From NCBI GenBank assembly GCA_019973955.1, contig BMAV01009759.1, positions 138,155 to 189,843 on the forward strand: a stretch of DNA of 51,689 nucleotides. The letters run 5' to 3'. The stretch is from Trichonephila inaurata (Eukaryota). The position numbers and the translations under genes are program-made. Positions 23,784-36,771 of this stretch are shown piece by piece. Below the pieces are notes generated by a model. The model was not told the origin of the DNA. It searched no databases and was given only the letters and a program-made list of their open reading frames with translations. Numbering within the stretch: the first letter of the stretch is position 1; the number at the start of each line of letters is the position of its first letter.

Positions 23784-25567
23784 GTAATATATTATTTATT
23801 TTTTAAGACTGATGCTATTAAAACTAAGTTATGACAAGATTTTGGGCAGTTTTTATGTAAATTATTTGAGGGTGAAGTAAAGAATGAAACTAAAGATATC
23901 TGAAACATAACTGAATTCACGTTGGAAAATGAATTTACTCTATATAACTCACGAATGTACTTTTTTGCCATGTGTGTTACGATTCTAATATATACTGCAA
24001 ACTGAATATACTTGTATTTTTATTTTTTATTATTGAGAATTATATTAAATTGAATTCATATTTTTCTAAATTTAAGTGTGCAGTTTGTAGACAGAAATAA
24101 AAATGTTTTATATTTATCAAATTTCATTTCTAAATGATGTTTTAGAAATATGTTAGTATAAAGGATTTCAGTTCTTAGTATATATTTATAAGATTTTTTG
24201 TTCATATGTGTATGTGATATTGTATGTGTGAATATTATATGTAAATACATATAAAATTTTTCGCAACCTTTTTAAATTTTAAATATGCTCTGCAATTTTT
24301 GGCATTAAACCCTGTTAAAAATTTATTTATTGTATTATCAGTTCCTATAAAGAAAGTAAATTATAATAAAATACTTATTTAAAGACCATTAGGAAAGTTG
24401 TTAAGAATTGAAAGTTAATGAAAAAAATCAACAAAAAATGTATGAATTTTCAGAATTTCACATGTGTAATCAAGAAAAGGTAGTAATCTTGAGCACAATG
24501 GAATGAACAAAAGAATTTGTTAAACTGAATTTTGAGCTATTTTGATTTGATATATTTTGAATAAAATCATTCTGCATGATGTTGCTTCTAAAAATACTCT
24601 CAGTTACATTATGAATTATTTGAATTTTGAAATTCAAATTTTGCAATTGATGAAATTGTTTGAAAGTTCCTTAGTTGCTGAGTAATTTAAAAAGAGATTA
24701 AAATCCAATTCTTTGTTGAACACTTGGAATACAAGGCATAAACTGTATTTTACAATAAAGTATTAAACCATTGAAGACAAAACGTTTCATAAAAATCTAC
24801 TGTAACTCCAAAAAGTCTTTTGGAATCTCACACTATATTTTTGTGGATTTAGCAGATGTCCATTGAGAAGTAAATACATTACTATATGAGTATCAGTATT
24901 TATTTTAGTAGTATTGTTTTAATTCTTTCATTCAAGTTGTACACTTTTATGTATGAAATACTTGAATTTCTCAGAAAACTTTTTACTTGCACTTTGTTAT
25001 TTAAGTTTTGAGAAACTTTAGTCTTTATTTTTAATCACTTATATTGCATCAAGTTCAATCATGCTTAGAATCCTGCATCCTTTATTCAACGTTGATGCTA
25101 TTTTACATATACTAAAGAAACTAGAATTAGAAATTTTATTTAGCTCTTGAATATTTAACATTTTAAAAAGATTATTAATATTTTTAATGCTTAACTCATA
25201 TTTTAATACTCAAATAATATTTTAACAAGAATTTTCATTTCAAGTTATAATTTCGTTTGTTATTGAATTGAATAACTTTAAAATTTCCTAAAATATTAAT
25301 AAGAGATAAATAGTGAATAATTAGGGGATAAAAGCATTGAGTGTAAATCTCAAACATTAAGTAATACGAAAGTATTATTTCGTTTTCAAAGAATTTTATG
25401 AAGCATTTGTTTAAAGTAGAAACTTTAAAATATGGTTATTGATTGGCGTGTTTCTTAAAAGTATTGCTTCGAAGATGCGTTTTTTCATATGTGTATGATT
25501 ATCAATGCTTATTGTGTATTAAGTTTTACATTTTATATGCATTATAAATTGAAATATTTCTCAACAG

Positions 25568-25644
25568 ATATATCTAATGAATTTGATATAACATTGGCAT
25601 TTGTTGATAAAGATGGTAGTGTAAAGATACGAAAACCAAATCAG
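25568..25644 (+). CDS. WD40-repeat protein gene, exon
   Basis: Acceptor tttctcaacAG, donor GTAAGT. Translation (D)ISNEFDITLAFVDKDGSVKIRKPNQ. The phase is continuous. Confidence 0.7.
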
Positions 25645-27328
25645 GTAAGTAGTTTACTTATAAATTGAGTTCTGAAAATTAGATTTTGTTTCTAGAATGT
25701 TTGAAATATGTTTGTGAATTAAATAAAAAAATTTGTAGCAAGAAAAGTTTCTACTCTATTTGAAAATCAAACAAGTTTAGTGTGCTTAATTTTCTAATTC
25801 ATTTTCTGTTTATTGTCTGTATTTGTCAGTTTTTAGTTTCAATTAATTCGATTCACCATATGTTACTTTCAAGTTAAATTTATTAATTCATACATATCGG
25901 AACATTATTTATGTGATTTTTATAATTACGCTTATGTGCATTGCTTTTTTGTAGTATTTTCGTAGAAAGATTGAACCTAGAAGTAAGAAAAAAAAATACT
26001 GCAGATGCTTTTTACTTCCCACAGTTTCCTAAATGTTGAGAAAAAAGAATCAATTATAATGTCTTGATTTTGATAGCTTTTGTCTTAGATTCTATTTTAA
26101 GAACTACGCATTCGTCGTTTTTAAAAATAACATATTGTTATTCTTTAGTTTCATGCTTTCAAATTTTTTGAATTTCCATCTGTTGTATCAAATTTAATAT
26201 TTATACTTTGTTCTTAAAAGTATATCTACTCGGAAAAAAATTGATAAAGCTACGAAATTAAACATGCAAATTCAGCTTGATAAATTATATAAAGGAATTA
26301 TATGCTTAGCCACAATAAAGAATAAATACTTATGAAAGTAAAATGATAGTTTGTGCCTTTGCAGGAGGTCCAGTAATCTCACCCCCTTTTTTCCATTGGC
26401 CTTAGAATGTCTTATAACTTGCTAAGATACTGAAATCAATTTACATTTGAAAGTATTGTGTAAGTTGTTAGGATTTGTTATAAGTGCTAAATATATATAT
26501 ATATATATACATACTCTAATGGAATTCAAGTTTGTATTGATATTGAAAAATGTCAAAAAGGTATGCCTCCATAATGTGCAATCGCTACGTCATGTATTCT
26601 GCTTTCTCTATAAATCGAGAGGAAGAGCAATTTATTTTTTTTCTCTCTTTCCTATTGTGCTTAAAATTCTTTGTTATGGTATGAATGTATTTGATGTTTT
26701 TCTTTTAAAGAAAATACTTTTCAAAATAGTTTCTAGTATCTTTCACTTAGTGCAAACTTGCCTTTGAAACATCAAAATGTGATTAAAAAAGGGTATGCCT
26801 ATTCTTTTTATTTGTTCTTTACCTCCACTATACTATTTTTGAAACTTTTTTCAGTATCCTTCAAATAGTGTCCCTTCTTAATAAGAGTCAAATACATTAT
26901 GGGGTACCTAGTTAAAGGAACCAGAACCAGCAGATTTAATAAAGGAAGCTCTGTGTGTAATATATATAAAAAATTTTCCCACACTCTTAAATTTCAGTGG
27001 ATATCCTATGGACAATATAATGAAAAAAAAAAACCCTTGTTAACTAATAAAATTTAATGCCTTATTTTATTTTGCTTAAGACTGAAATTTAAGGAGAAAA
27101 AAAATGATATTCCTTTCTATATATGTTAGAAAATTGTAATTGTTTTTCTGTGTCATATTTTAGTTTATTTTATTTTGTCTACTGATTAAATGTTTTAATT
27201 TGAAGTAAAAGTTTAAATGATCTAATTAAGTCATAGTTACAGTTAAATGATAAGTTTTGTATTAAACTTTTCCTTACCTTTTTTCAATAAATGTTTTGTT
27301 TATTAATTTTTATCTCTGTTTTTTTTAG

Positions 27329-27619
27329 CGGTCATTCTCATATTCTTTAGAAGGACACAGAAGAAGTATTACTTCTTGTTGTCTAAGTCAAAATCGAGAA
27401 ATTCTTTCATGTTCTTTGGATGGGACTGTCAATTTATGGAAAGTACCTTCTCCAGTTCAAGATATTCATTTATATCATTCAGCTAATGTGACAGGACTTT
27501 GCATTTCTGTATCTCAAAAAACAGTTATTAGCTCAGATGCTCATGGTAATATTGTGCTTTGGAAATTAGTATTTTCTTCTCCACCAAATTGTCCTCTAAT
27601 ATATGCTGGAAAGAAATCT
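27329..27619 (+). CDS. WD40-repeat protein gene, exon (largest; spans two WD repeats)
   Basis: Acceptor ctgttttttttAG, donor GTGAGT. Translation RSFSYSLEGHRRSITSCCLSQNREILSCSLDGTVNLWKVPSPVQDIHLYHSANVTGLCISVSQKTVISSDAHGNIVLWKLVFSSPPNCPLIYAGKKS. 291 nt in frame, with GH and xLW WD signatures. Confidence 0.85.
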
Positions 27620-28164
27620 GTGAGTATAGCATATATATTTTTAAGTGGTGTGTAAAAAATGTTATTGTATTACTAGTTAAAAACATTTATTTTTTGTGCA
27701 AAATATTTATTAAATTAATAAATAAAAGTTGTTGGAAAATATTGATAACATTTATGTATTAGGTATTTTACTCATTTAAATACCTAAAAAGGATTTCTTA
27801 TGTGATATCTAAGAAAGTAGAGCAATAATAATAAATTCTATGAATAAGATATATCTTAATATATTACGAATATATGCATAATACTCAATATTGTTTTATT
27901 AAAATACAAATGATTGATATACTTAATCTTTTGAATACTTATCAAATTTTCAAAATAAGAATCTTTGTGAATTGAATAGCAAGATTTTAACTTTTCCACA
28001 TAAATAAAGAAATAAGAAGTAAAACAGACTATAATGTACAACAGGTTAGTTCATGAATTTCTGGAATTATCCAGAACTGGTATCCTAAATGTGCAATAAT
28101 TGATGATAAATGACAAAAAGCCTTTACACACATTATGAATCATAGAGTGATTTAAATGACTTTA

Positions 28165-28170
28165 TATTGT

Positions 28171-28216
<46 letters not shown>
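28165..28216. repeat. (TA)n microsatellite (~26 units)
   Basis: Uninterrupted tatata... run. Confidence 0.9.
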
Positions 28217-28219
<3 letters not shown>

Positions 28220-29198
28220 ATGTATTATAATTGTTGAGATGTAGAATTTATAGCTTTAATGTGATAGTGATGGCTGTATTTTCTTTCAGTCCGGCATTGA
28301 TAGTAGTGTGCAGAATTACTGATTTTTACTTTTTTTTTTAGCCAGATAAAGAGAATTAAATAGTACTCTTCCTAGCACTTGCATTTACATAACGATATGA
28401 CAAGCTATTTTTTATCTCTTGTTGTATCATGCAATATATTTCGATAATTTATCGTTTTTGTAAGTGTCCTCAATGATTTTAACTTTTTTTGTGATGAGAT
28501 ATATTTTCATATTACCTGCATGATTCTAGTTTGAATTCAAAGATAAAGTGTTAAGAATGTGCTTCAAAAAGTTTACTTTATGACCTCGAACTAATGCTTT
28601 TGTTTCCCTCTTGTTGTATTTGCATAATTTTTTGATTATTATTTGCTCTATATGCAGGGTAGTATATAATTTGCTAAGACTAAGAAATATTTGTCTTACT
28701 TCTTTTAGGATTGCATTTTCATTTGGAAAAAGGTGCATTTTTAGATTGAAATTATTATTATTAATTAATTTTTTTGTGTCATTTGAAAAAGAAATTGTTT
28801 TGCTAATTAAAATGAATTTTCATGTAATGTAGCGTTTATTATCAAATAATGTTTGAAAGATATTGGTTTTTCCAATGTCATTTATCTTTTAAATATAATC
28901 TCATGGCTTAAAAGTTAAGTAGAATTTTAGTATTGCTTGTTTTGTGTCTTTAATATTCTATCTTATTTTGAAGTTGCATATTATTGTAGAATTAGAACGA
29001 TTAATTTACTTCAGTTTATATTTAGTTTACAAACAATTTTTCAGTCTTTTATTTTGATCTGACAACTTTCTGTTGAGATTACCTTGATTGTTCTTATTTT
29101 AGTTGATTTTTATATGCCATCTTAAGAATTGTTAAAATTATGCCATATATATGATTAAATGTATCTTTCTCCTTTACAATTTTGATTTTATTTTTTAG

Positions 29199-29353
29199 TA
29201 TGTTGGAGGTTTTGTCAAATCTGTATCATTTCTTAAGGACAAACATTTTGTTTGTGCTGTAACACAGACTACAAATGGTATAGATACTCATTTCCTGGAT
29301 ATCTTATCATCTGATTGTAAAACTTCTGATGATGATTCTTTATACTCTTTACA
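29199..29353 (+). CDS. WD40-repeat protein gene, exon
   Basis: Acceptor attttattttttAG, donor GTAAGT. Translation YVGGFVKSVSFLKDKHFVCAVTQTTNGIDTHFLDILSSDCKTSDDDSLYSLQ. Confidence 0.7.
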
Positions 29354-29449
29354 GTAAGTATCAATATATCATTTTGAACTCTCTTTTTTACTTCATAGTA
29401 ATTTGAAAGTGCAAATTAATCCTTATTCAATCTTTTTTCTTTTTTTTAG

Positions 29450-29584
29450 GGTTAAAACCTCTCATTCTCTTAAAAGTGAAGTACTATGTCTTGATACTGA
29501 TCCAGAGACTGAAACAATAGCTGCTGGTTTAAAATCTGGAAATTTTGTCATTATAACACCTAACGCAAAGAAAATACTTACTTT
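29450..29584 (+). CDS. WD40-repeat protein gene, exon
   Basis: Acceptor tcttttttttAG, donor GTATGT. Translation VKTSHSLKSEVLCLDTDPETETIAAGLKSGNFVIITPNAKKILTL. The phase is consistent on both sides. Confidence 0.65.
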
Positions 29585-31307
29585 GTATGTATTTATCAAA
29601 ATTATTACTTTTACATACATATGCTTTGTTAAAAGTTTCATAGAGTATCAAAAACAAGCGTCAGTATGCTTGTTTTTGATACTCTATGAAACTCCAATGA
29701 TTTTGTGTTTGAAGTCGTTATTTATCTCACATTTGATACCTCATTTGTAATTTTCATAAATTTCGTCTAATGATGTTTTCTTTTTTTATGCTGGATTTTT
29801 AATAGATATGGATTAATAAGGTTTATCTTTAGGAAATGATTTCATTTGGCAAAATTTGTATTTTTGATAAATTATTTCTGAAGTTTATGCATAATTTAAT
29901 ATTATTTCTAAGATGAAGCATATTCAGAAAAACTATTGCCATTATTTTGGAAGATTGTAGAATTATCTTTAGTTTTCTTAGCCATAATGAATCTAACTAT
30001 ATTTTTATTTGCAATGATATTTTGAATTTGATAGCTCATTTTAACGAAGTGACATTTAATTTGAAGTGATTAGAAAAATATATCCAACTGTTCATAATTT
30101 CAGCAAATACATAATTTGAGCTTTTAATATTGATTTGTGAATGTTGTGGACTATGTTCATTAAAAATGTAGTTAAATGGTCAATTTTATTAAAAGAATAA
30201 ACACATATAGAGAGAAGAAATGTTTTTTCCTCTTAAATGTAATATTTAGAAATCCCTGTTTCATGAGGAAATATATATTCACACAAGGTATTTTATTTCA
30301 CTTTTCACTCAGTATTACATCTAAGATCATAAATCATTATATATGGAAAATGCAAAAATTACTTTCTCAACATTATATTGCTCTCCAGTATCAAAGACCC
30401 TTTTATCTTTTTTATTTTCACTCTTTTTTCAAATAATATAATGGAATTTTTATATATTTTACTTTATTTCAATATAATTGTGTTACATTCAATTTTCTAT
30501 GATTTAAAACAAGTTGTTACAAGCACATGAATCATTTAAAATATCATTATTATTTTATTTATCTTATATAAACTTGAATATTCACTCTTGTAGCTATTTA
30601 TTTCAACACAAATAATCGAAACATTACTGAAGAAACTTGTGTTATGATTCTTAATCCTTAGTTCTAGCCACATGCTATAATTCAGACACATACTATGTTA
30701 CTTCCTTTTATTCTCTTCACTTTCAACAGATAAATGATGCAAATAGAGTGATTATTAGATTATACAACCATTTCCATATTCTAGAGTGGCCTTGACTGCA
30801 AGCTGTTTTCTTCTCACTGTCTAATTTCAAAGTAACATTCATCATTTTTTGAAAGTATTCTAAAAACAAATTCGTATTACTTTGGGTGAAGTGCTGTTTT
30901 AGCTGATGCATCTATTTTTTATTTATTTATTTTTTTTGTAAAATATTTCTTCTGGCAAGTTCTTGTAAAGTAATATATATCGGAGAATGATTCTCATTCT
31001 TTTTGAAACATATCACCACACATATTGGGATTTGAAGCAATAGGATATGACTTTTATTTTCTCTTAAATTTAGGATGTAAAGCTTACTTGTCCACTATAT
31101 AAGATTTACTTGTACATAATTATTACAAATGCATTATTTAATAGAGGAAGATTTAATTTACTCTCATTTGGTAAGAACGAAAATCCAATCTTGTTGTAGG
31201 ACGTCATTCTTGTACTAGGACATCTATTCATATTTTTTTAAAAAAATCTTTTTCATGATAATAGTATGTATAATCTAAGAGGCAAAAAATTGTGTTCTAA
31301 TTTTCAG

Positions 31308-31431
31308 ATCAGAAGATTGGGTTTTAGGTGTCAAGTTATTGCCTTCTAATGATTCTCCTAAATATTTGTTTACCTCATTGTTAAATGGCTCAATTAAACG
31401 CATTGAAATGTCCGAAATTCATCAACGTAAA
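31308..31431 (+). CDS. WD40-repeat protein gene, exon
   Basis: Acceptor ctaattttcAG, donor GTAAGT. Translation (L)SEDWVLGVKLLPSNDSPKYLFTSLLNGSIKRIEMSEIHQRK. Confidence 0.7.
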
Positions 31432-32901
31432 GTAAGTTAGTTATATTTTAAATTTTTAAAATTATTTCAGAAATTTAAACATCAATACTTACTTGAAAAT
31501 ACAGATTCATTTTTGTTGAAATTATTCAAAAACAAGTAACGAGTTCATTTATGCAATTAGAATATTGGTACACTCAGAATATTTACTAATTTTTGAGATA
31601 GTGTGATATAAGTATAATAAAGTGTTTAAAAGAAATTCTTTTGTAACTGATATTGTGAATTTCTTAAAATGTATCTTTGCTTTTAGTTTATTTTATTTAA
31701 AAGTAATAAAGTTGCAATATTTATTGAAAATTTATTGAGATAAGTAAATTAATGTTTAATTATTGGAAATAGTTTGGGAAAAATAGGCGTGGGATTGTTG
31801 AGTAAAATGAGGCAATGAAATAAAGTAATTAATTAAAAGAAAGTTTAAGAAATTTATTGTGAAAATGTAATTTTTTGTATTGTTTGATTCTAATTAAGTT
31901 GTTTCTAATTTTTTGATTCTAATTAATTTGTTTTTTTAAAATTGTTTCAAGTTTCTTTCAATTTAGACTCAAATTTATTGTTGCCACTCTTATAAAACGA
32001 TGTTGTTTTATTTTTAAAGATTTATTTAAGTACTTAAATTGCTTTATTGTTAAAAATTTTTAATGCAATTTTTTTATTCCAGTCATCTAGCAGTCTAATA
32101 TTTCAACCTAATGATGGACATTTTTTTCAATTCTTTAAAAATTCAATTCATTGTTTAAAGATATTTAATGTTAAATAATTTTAAATCTACTGTTTTATGA
32201 TGGTAATTTGCATTGAATTTAAATCACAGTAGCATATATTAGAGAAATTACTAGTTTTAGTTTTTTGTATTTTGTTGTAATTTTCCTAATTGTGTGTAGG
32301 ATTCTAATAATTTTTTAAAGTTTTGAATTCTTTGTTTGCCTGGTTTTACACAAAAATAGATATTGTGTTTTTCAGAAACATATTTGAAATGTATTTTTAG
32401 CACATGCATTTATGTTTTTTTTTATCTTTTTTAAAAAAAAATTGGATTTTTTTTAATTTTATAATTATTTTTGTTTTATTGTTTGTCATATTATTACATT
32501 TTCTCTTATTGCTATTAAAATGTAGTGTATCTAGTTCTAAAGTCATCCAAATTTTTCTTTGCTGTTTCAATTATCAATTATTGTAAAATTTTGAGCTTGG
32601 AATTCATGCAAAAGTTTATTCTCTTTATGTGTAAAAATATGCTAGCAATTTAATAATTTTGAGCTGTGTGTGCCTTTCTCAGATTTTTGTAATGTGTAAA
32701 GTTTATTAATATATTAAAAAAAATTTTTTTTCTATGATATACATCATATTAAGTAATGAGTAACATGAATTTAAAAAAATTATGCGTTATGATGAAAAAG
32801 GATTACGTTATCTCTCTTCAATAGATATGATTCTACATGTAAGACTTTAAAAAAATTTGCTGATTGCGTTATATGTATCTTTACCTTTTTTTCATATGAA
32901 G

Positions 32902-33060
32902 GATCATGAAAATGTTTCACTTGAAGAAATTGAGCATGAGGATTTTGGAAATAATTCTCCATATATAAGTTCATTTTGTTGTGAAAGTAACACAAGTGTT
33001 TATTGTGGTGATTCCCAAGGATGGTTAAGAAGATATTCAGATGTTCCTATGTCTAAAAAG
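32902..33060 (+). CDS. WD40-repeat protein gene, exon
   Basis: Acceptor tttttttcatatgaAG, donor GTTTGC (weak). Translation DHENVSLEEIEHEDFGNNSPYISSFCCESNTSVYCGDSQGWLRRYSDVPMSKK. 159 nt, phase 0. Confidence 0.6.
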
Positions 33061-34191
33061 GTTTGCTTTTCTTAGTTATAATTATTTTACTTTTGCATAA
33101 AAGGCTAAAATGCTCTCTCATTGCTTAATAATGAAATAAGAATGCTACACGTATATTTTTTGTAAGAAACTGTTTATTTAATTAATTAAAGTGTATTTGT
33201 TAAGGATTGAAGTTTGCTGTTTATTATGAGCAAGTTGATTTCAAAATATGCTATAAATGCAACATAAGAACCTGAAGAGAGTTATTTTTACACTTGAATT
33301 AAATAATCCCTTCATAAAGACAACCAAGTAATCAATATAGTTATTTGAAATTTCAGTAAAAATTTAGATAATGAAACTGAACACTAAGAGATATCCATAT
33401 TTTTTTATAAAAGGTTTTTCATGTAATTGTTTCCTTTATCTTATTTATTAAGTTACACACTTTATTGTAATTATTTAAGTGAAAGAACTCTACTCCTTTT
33501 TCAACACCTAACCATATAGTAAACGTGAATATGGTTTTTTGCTTAAACCTAGTATGTGCAGATAACTGAGTCTCTCTCTCTCTCTCTGTACAACTATAAC
33601 TAAATGGTTTTCATACAAAGCAGGGATAAAACTGCAATACATACTGAACATTTTTTGGCATGTATTTAATTTGTTTATAAAAATCAATGTTATTAAAGTA
33701 TGAATGAATGAATGCACATAATGCCTTCCTAATCTTTTTGTATTATTAGAAAACTTTAGAATTCAAATTTTTATTTTGCTATCGGAACAATTATTTTTTT
33801 TAACTTCAGTTACTTTTCAAACTGAAGGCCAAGAATATTTCATTATTATACATCTAATATGCTATGTAGCCGAAATATTTTTAATTATTAAATATATTTT
33901 ATGACACGCGTATGCAGTGTAAAATCGGAATTCTTAATTTGTTAAAAAATATTGTATTGATGAATTGAAAAGCTTTTGGACATTATTTCTGTTTGTTTTG
34001 CTTTGAATATTTAGTAAATTATAATTATGCTTAAAATACAACATTGGAAAAATTGTGAAATTTGTGAAAAATCAATTAATAGTCTTGTTTAAAAAAATGA
34101 CATTTTTATGATTAAACAATATAGTGAAGTATTATGACTTTTAAAGAGATGTAAAAGTAACATTTATTAAATTTCTTTTCAACTCTTCTAG

Positions 34192-34293
34192 ATCCATGAA
34201 GATTCAATAACTGGCATCATAAAGATTGGCTGTTACATTTTCACTTGTTCTGTAGACAGAACATTGAAAGGCTGGGATTCATCTCTAAAGCAG
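34192..34293 (+). CDS. WD40-repeat protein gene, exon
   Basis: Acceptor aactcttctAG, donor GTACAT. Translation IHEDSITGIIKIGCYIFTCSVDRTLKGWDSSLKQ (WD SxDRTLKGWD). Confidence 0.75.
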
Positions 34294-36541
34294 GTACATT
34301 TATTACTGTTTTAATGCTGTTACTGTTTTGTTTACTATATTAATACTGTGTTATGTTTTAATTAATTTTTGCCAAGCATTTGTTTATTTAACTAATACTC
34401 ATTGTGCTTGTGTGTGTACACAAATGCTATAGAAACTGATTATCTTAGTACTATTTCTAGTACTGGTATGTATTAAGTTGAGTATATATATTCTGCATTT
34501 TGGAAAATTTTGCATAGACCGAATGTCCTTTATGCTGTTTCAAATGGTATTTCCCTCATATGTGACTAAAGATATCCTGAACTTTGAATTATCCATTTCA
34601 TCTACTTTTCATTTCATTTATGAAATTGGGAATTTCAAATATGTTAAGGAAATAAATAACGTTACAATACTTTCTAGACTTTTATAATTATATAGTTTTG
34701 ATGTAATTTTATATTTAAATATGTAAGAGACCATAAAATCTTTCACCTGTTCAATGCAATTAGATTTTGAACTGTGAAACCTTTTTTGTTATTGAAATCC
34801 TATGTTGCTTTTAGAAAATATCGACGTTTTCTAAGAATATAGAACAGTTAAAAAGAAATTAAATATATATTTTACACTTTTGTTATGTGTAAAAAGTTGC
34901 GACTCTTGATTTGAATCAAACAAACTTCCTTTTTTAAGACTTATTAACCTGATAGAAAATTATTAATACCTTTTCTGAATGTTCAGTAGCCAACTTTAGT
35001 TATATTTTTTTGTGATTTTTCTAAAATTTTGTTTAATGTTTCCAATCTGCACATGGTATATTTATTTCCATCTTGACTTTGTCTATTGTTGCATTATCTG
35101 GTTTCAATGAAACCAAGAATAACCTTGTTTTCTTTTATGGTGTAAATAGTCTTTGTCAAAAAGGAAAAATAAATAAAATTTCCTGCACTGTTGACAAAAA
35201 GTAAGTTTAGTTATCTTATTTATCTTATTTTAATGGCAAAAAAAAAAAAAAAAAATAAAAAATAAATAAAAAAAATAACATCATTGGTCGATGATTAATA
35301 TGGAATCTGATAGATCATCAACTGCGGCTATGGCATAATAAATGACTCAGGTACAGATTTCCAGAGCTTCCTCATCACAATTGAATAACTTAATTCGTAT
35401 ATGTTCATTAGAGTGCTTTATTAAAAACTTGATAAATGATAAAAATTGACTGTCATATAAAATTAAAGAATAAGGCTTATTGATGTATTAAAATCTATTC
35501 TAAGGAAAGCGGAGAACTTCATTAGGATAAATAATGTATTTTCTTTCAGTAGTAAGAGTTTCTCATTTTAAACTCTTTGTGCTGCGCTTTTTGATGCAAT
35601 ATTAACATTTTTATCAAAAATAATTAAAATGCTTGACTCTCCATTTGATTATAAATTTTTTTCAAACAATCGGAAAAAAGTCACTAGTTTGTTTGTATGT
35701 TTTTTTAAATTTTTTAAAAAATACAGATCATTTAATGGAGTATTGACTGCCAATGAACTCTCTACGCATTCTTTGATATGAATTGTCACTAGAAAGTAAG
35801 AGATGTTCTTCAGATCAGGGGCGGCTCTAGGGCCGGACAAACTGGACCCCTGCCCGGGACGGCAAATTTTAAGGGTGGCATTTGGATCGAATTTGAGATA
35901 TATTTTTTTGTTGTTGTTTCAAAGAATTTTATATATTTTCTGAAATATTATTGGGTGGGTATTTGGTATTTTATTTAACGTATCTTATTTCCTTATTTTG
36001 TGCTCTATGTTTAATGCCAGTTTTCTTTTCTGTTGAAACTTGAAGGGTTCGAGGTGGGACAACTTGTTAAATCATAAATTTGATATGCTTACACATCTTT
36101 CACTAGTAACTTTCTCCCCAGCCTGGAGTAGGGTCACAATGGACATTCCTTTCACCCATATGATGTCCGGTTTCAGCAATCCAAAAGGGGACTAGGATAA
36201 TTAGAGTTTTTGGTAGAAAGAGAGCCACATGATATGTGTTTTATTTTAGTTTTGAGTGTAGAAACTATAGGTTAAAATAAACGTTTGTGATCCCCACCAT
36301 CAGTAAACACCTTTTCAAAGAAATTATCCTGCTGAAATGGGCGATTCCTTCTCTTACATTTTACTCGTTTCAAATAATAACATGCAATTATGTTCTTAAT
36401 TTCAAATTATTTTGTATTTTTTAAGACTTAAAATAATATATAATTGTTATGCTGCCTTTTTGTTCTCAAAAATTCAAGTTTTATAGATGTGTTTCTATGT
36501 GAACAATTAATCTTTTTTAATTATAGTTTTTTGCTTTAGAG

Positions 36542-36771
36542 CAGAGGTCGCCAAAGTGGTGGTCTGCGAAAAAATTTCGTTGGTCCCCAGAAAATTGCGG
36601 AATATACTCACTTATCACGTTAAGCTATGTTTTAAGATGTATTGATTGTGTTCTTAGATCACAATTATTTTTTATGAATATATTTAACGTTCACAAAATC
36701 CTATTAGTGGACCGCGGGATTTAAATTATGAATTTACTGGTCCGTGAGGTCAAAAAGTTTGGCGACCACTG
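36542..36771. mobile_element. hAT-type MITE (230 bp)
   Basis: TIRs CAGAGGTCGCCAAA and CAGTGGTCGCCAAA (reverse complement), one mismatch. A perfect 8-bp TSD CTTTAGAG lies at 36534..36541 and 36772..36779. The interior is non-coding and hairpin-prone. Confidence 0.8.

Noticed and set aside
35140-35207. Small candidate exon (LCQKGKINKISCTVDKK) with plausible acceptor and donor
   Set aside because: It is only open in a frame that does not continue the phase-0 ending of exon 34192..34293. It is low-complexity A-rich sequence.
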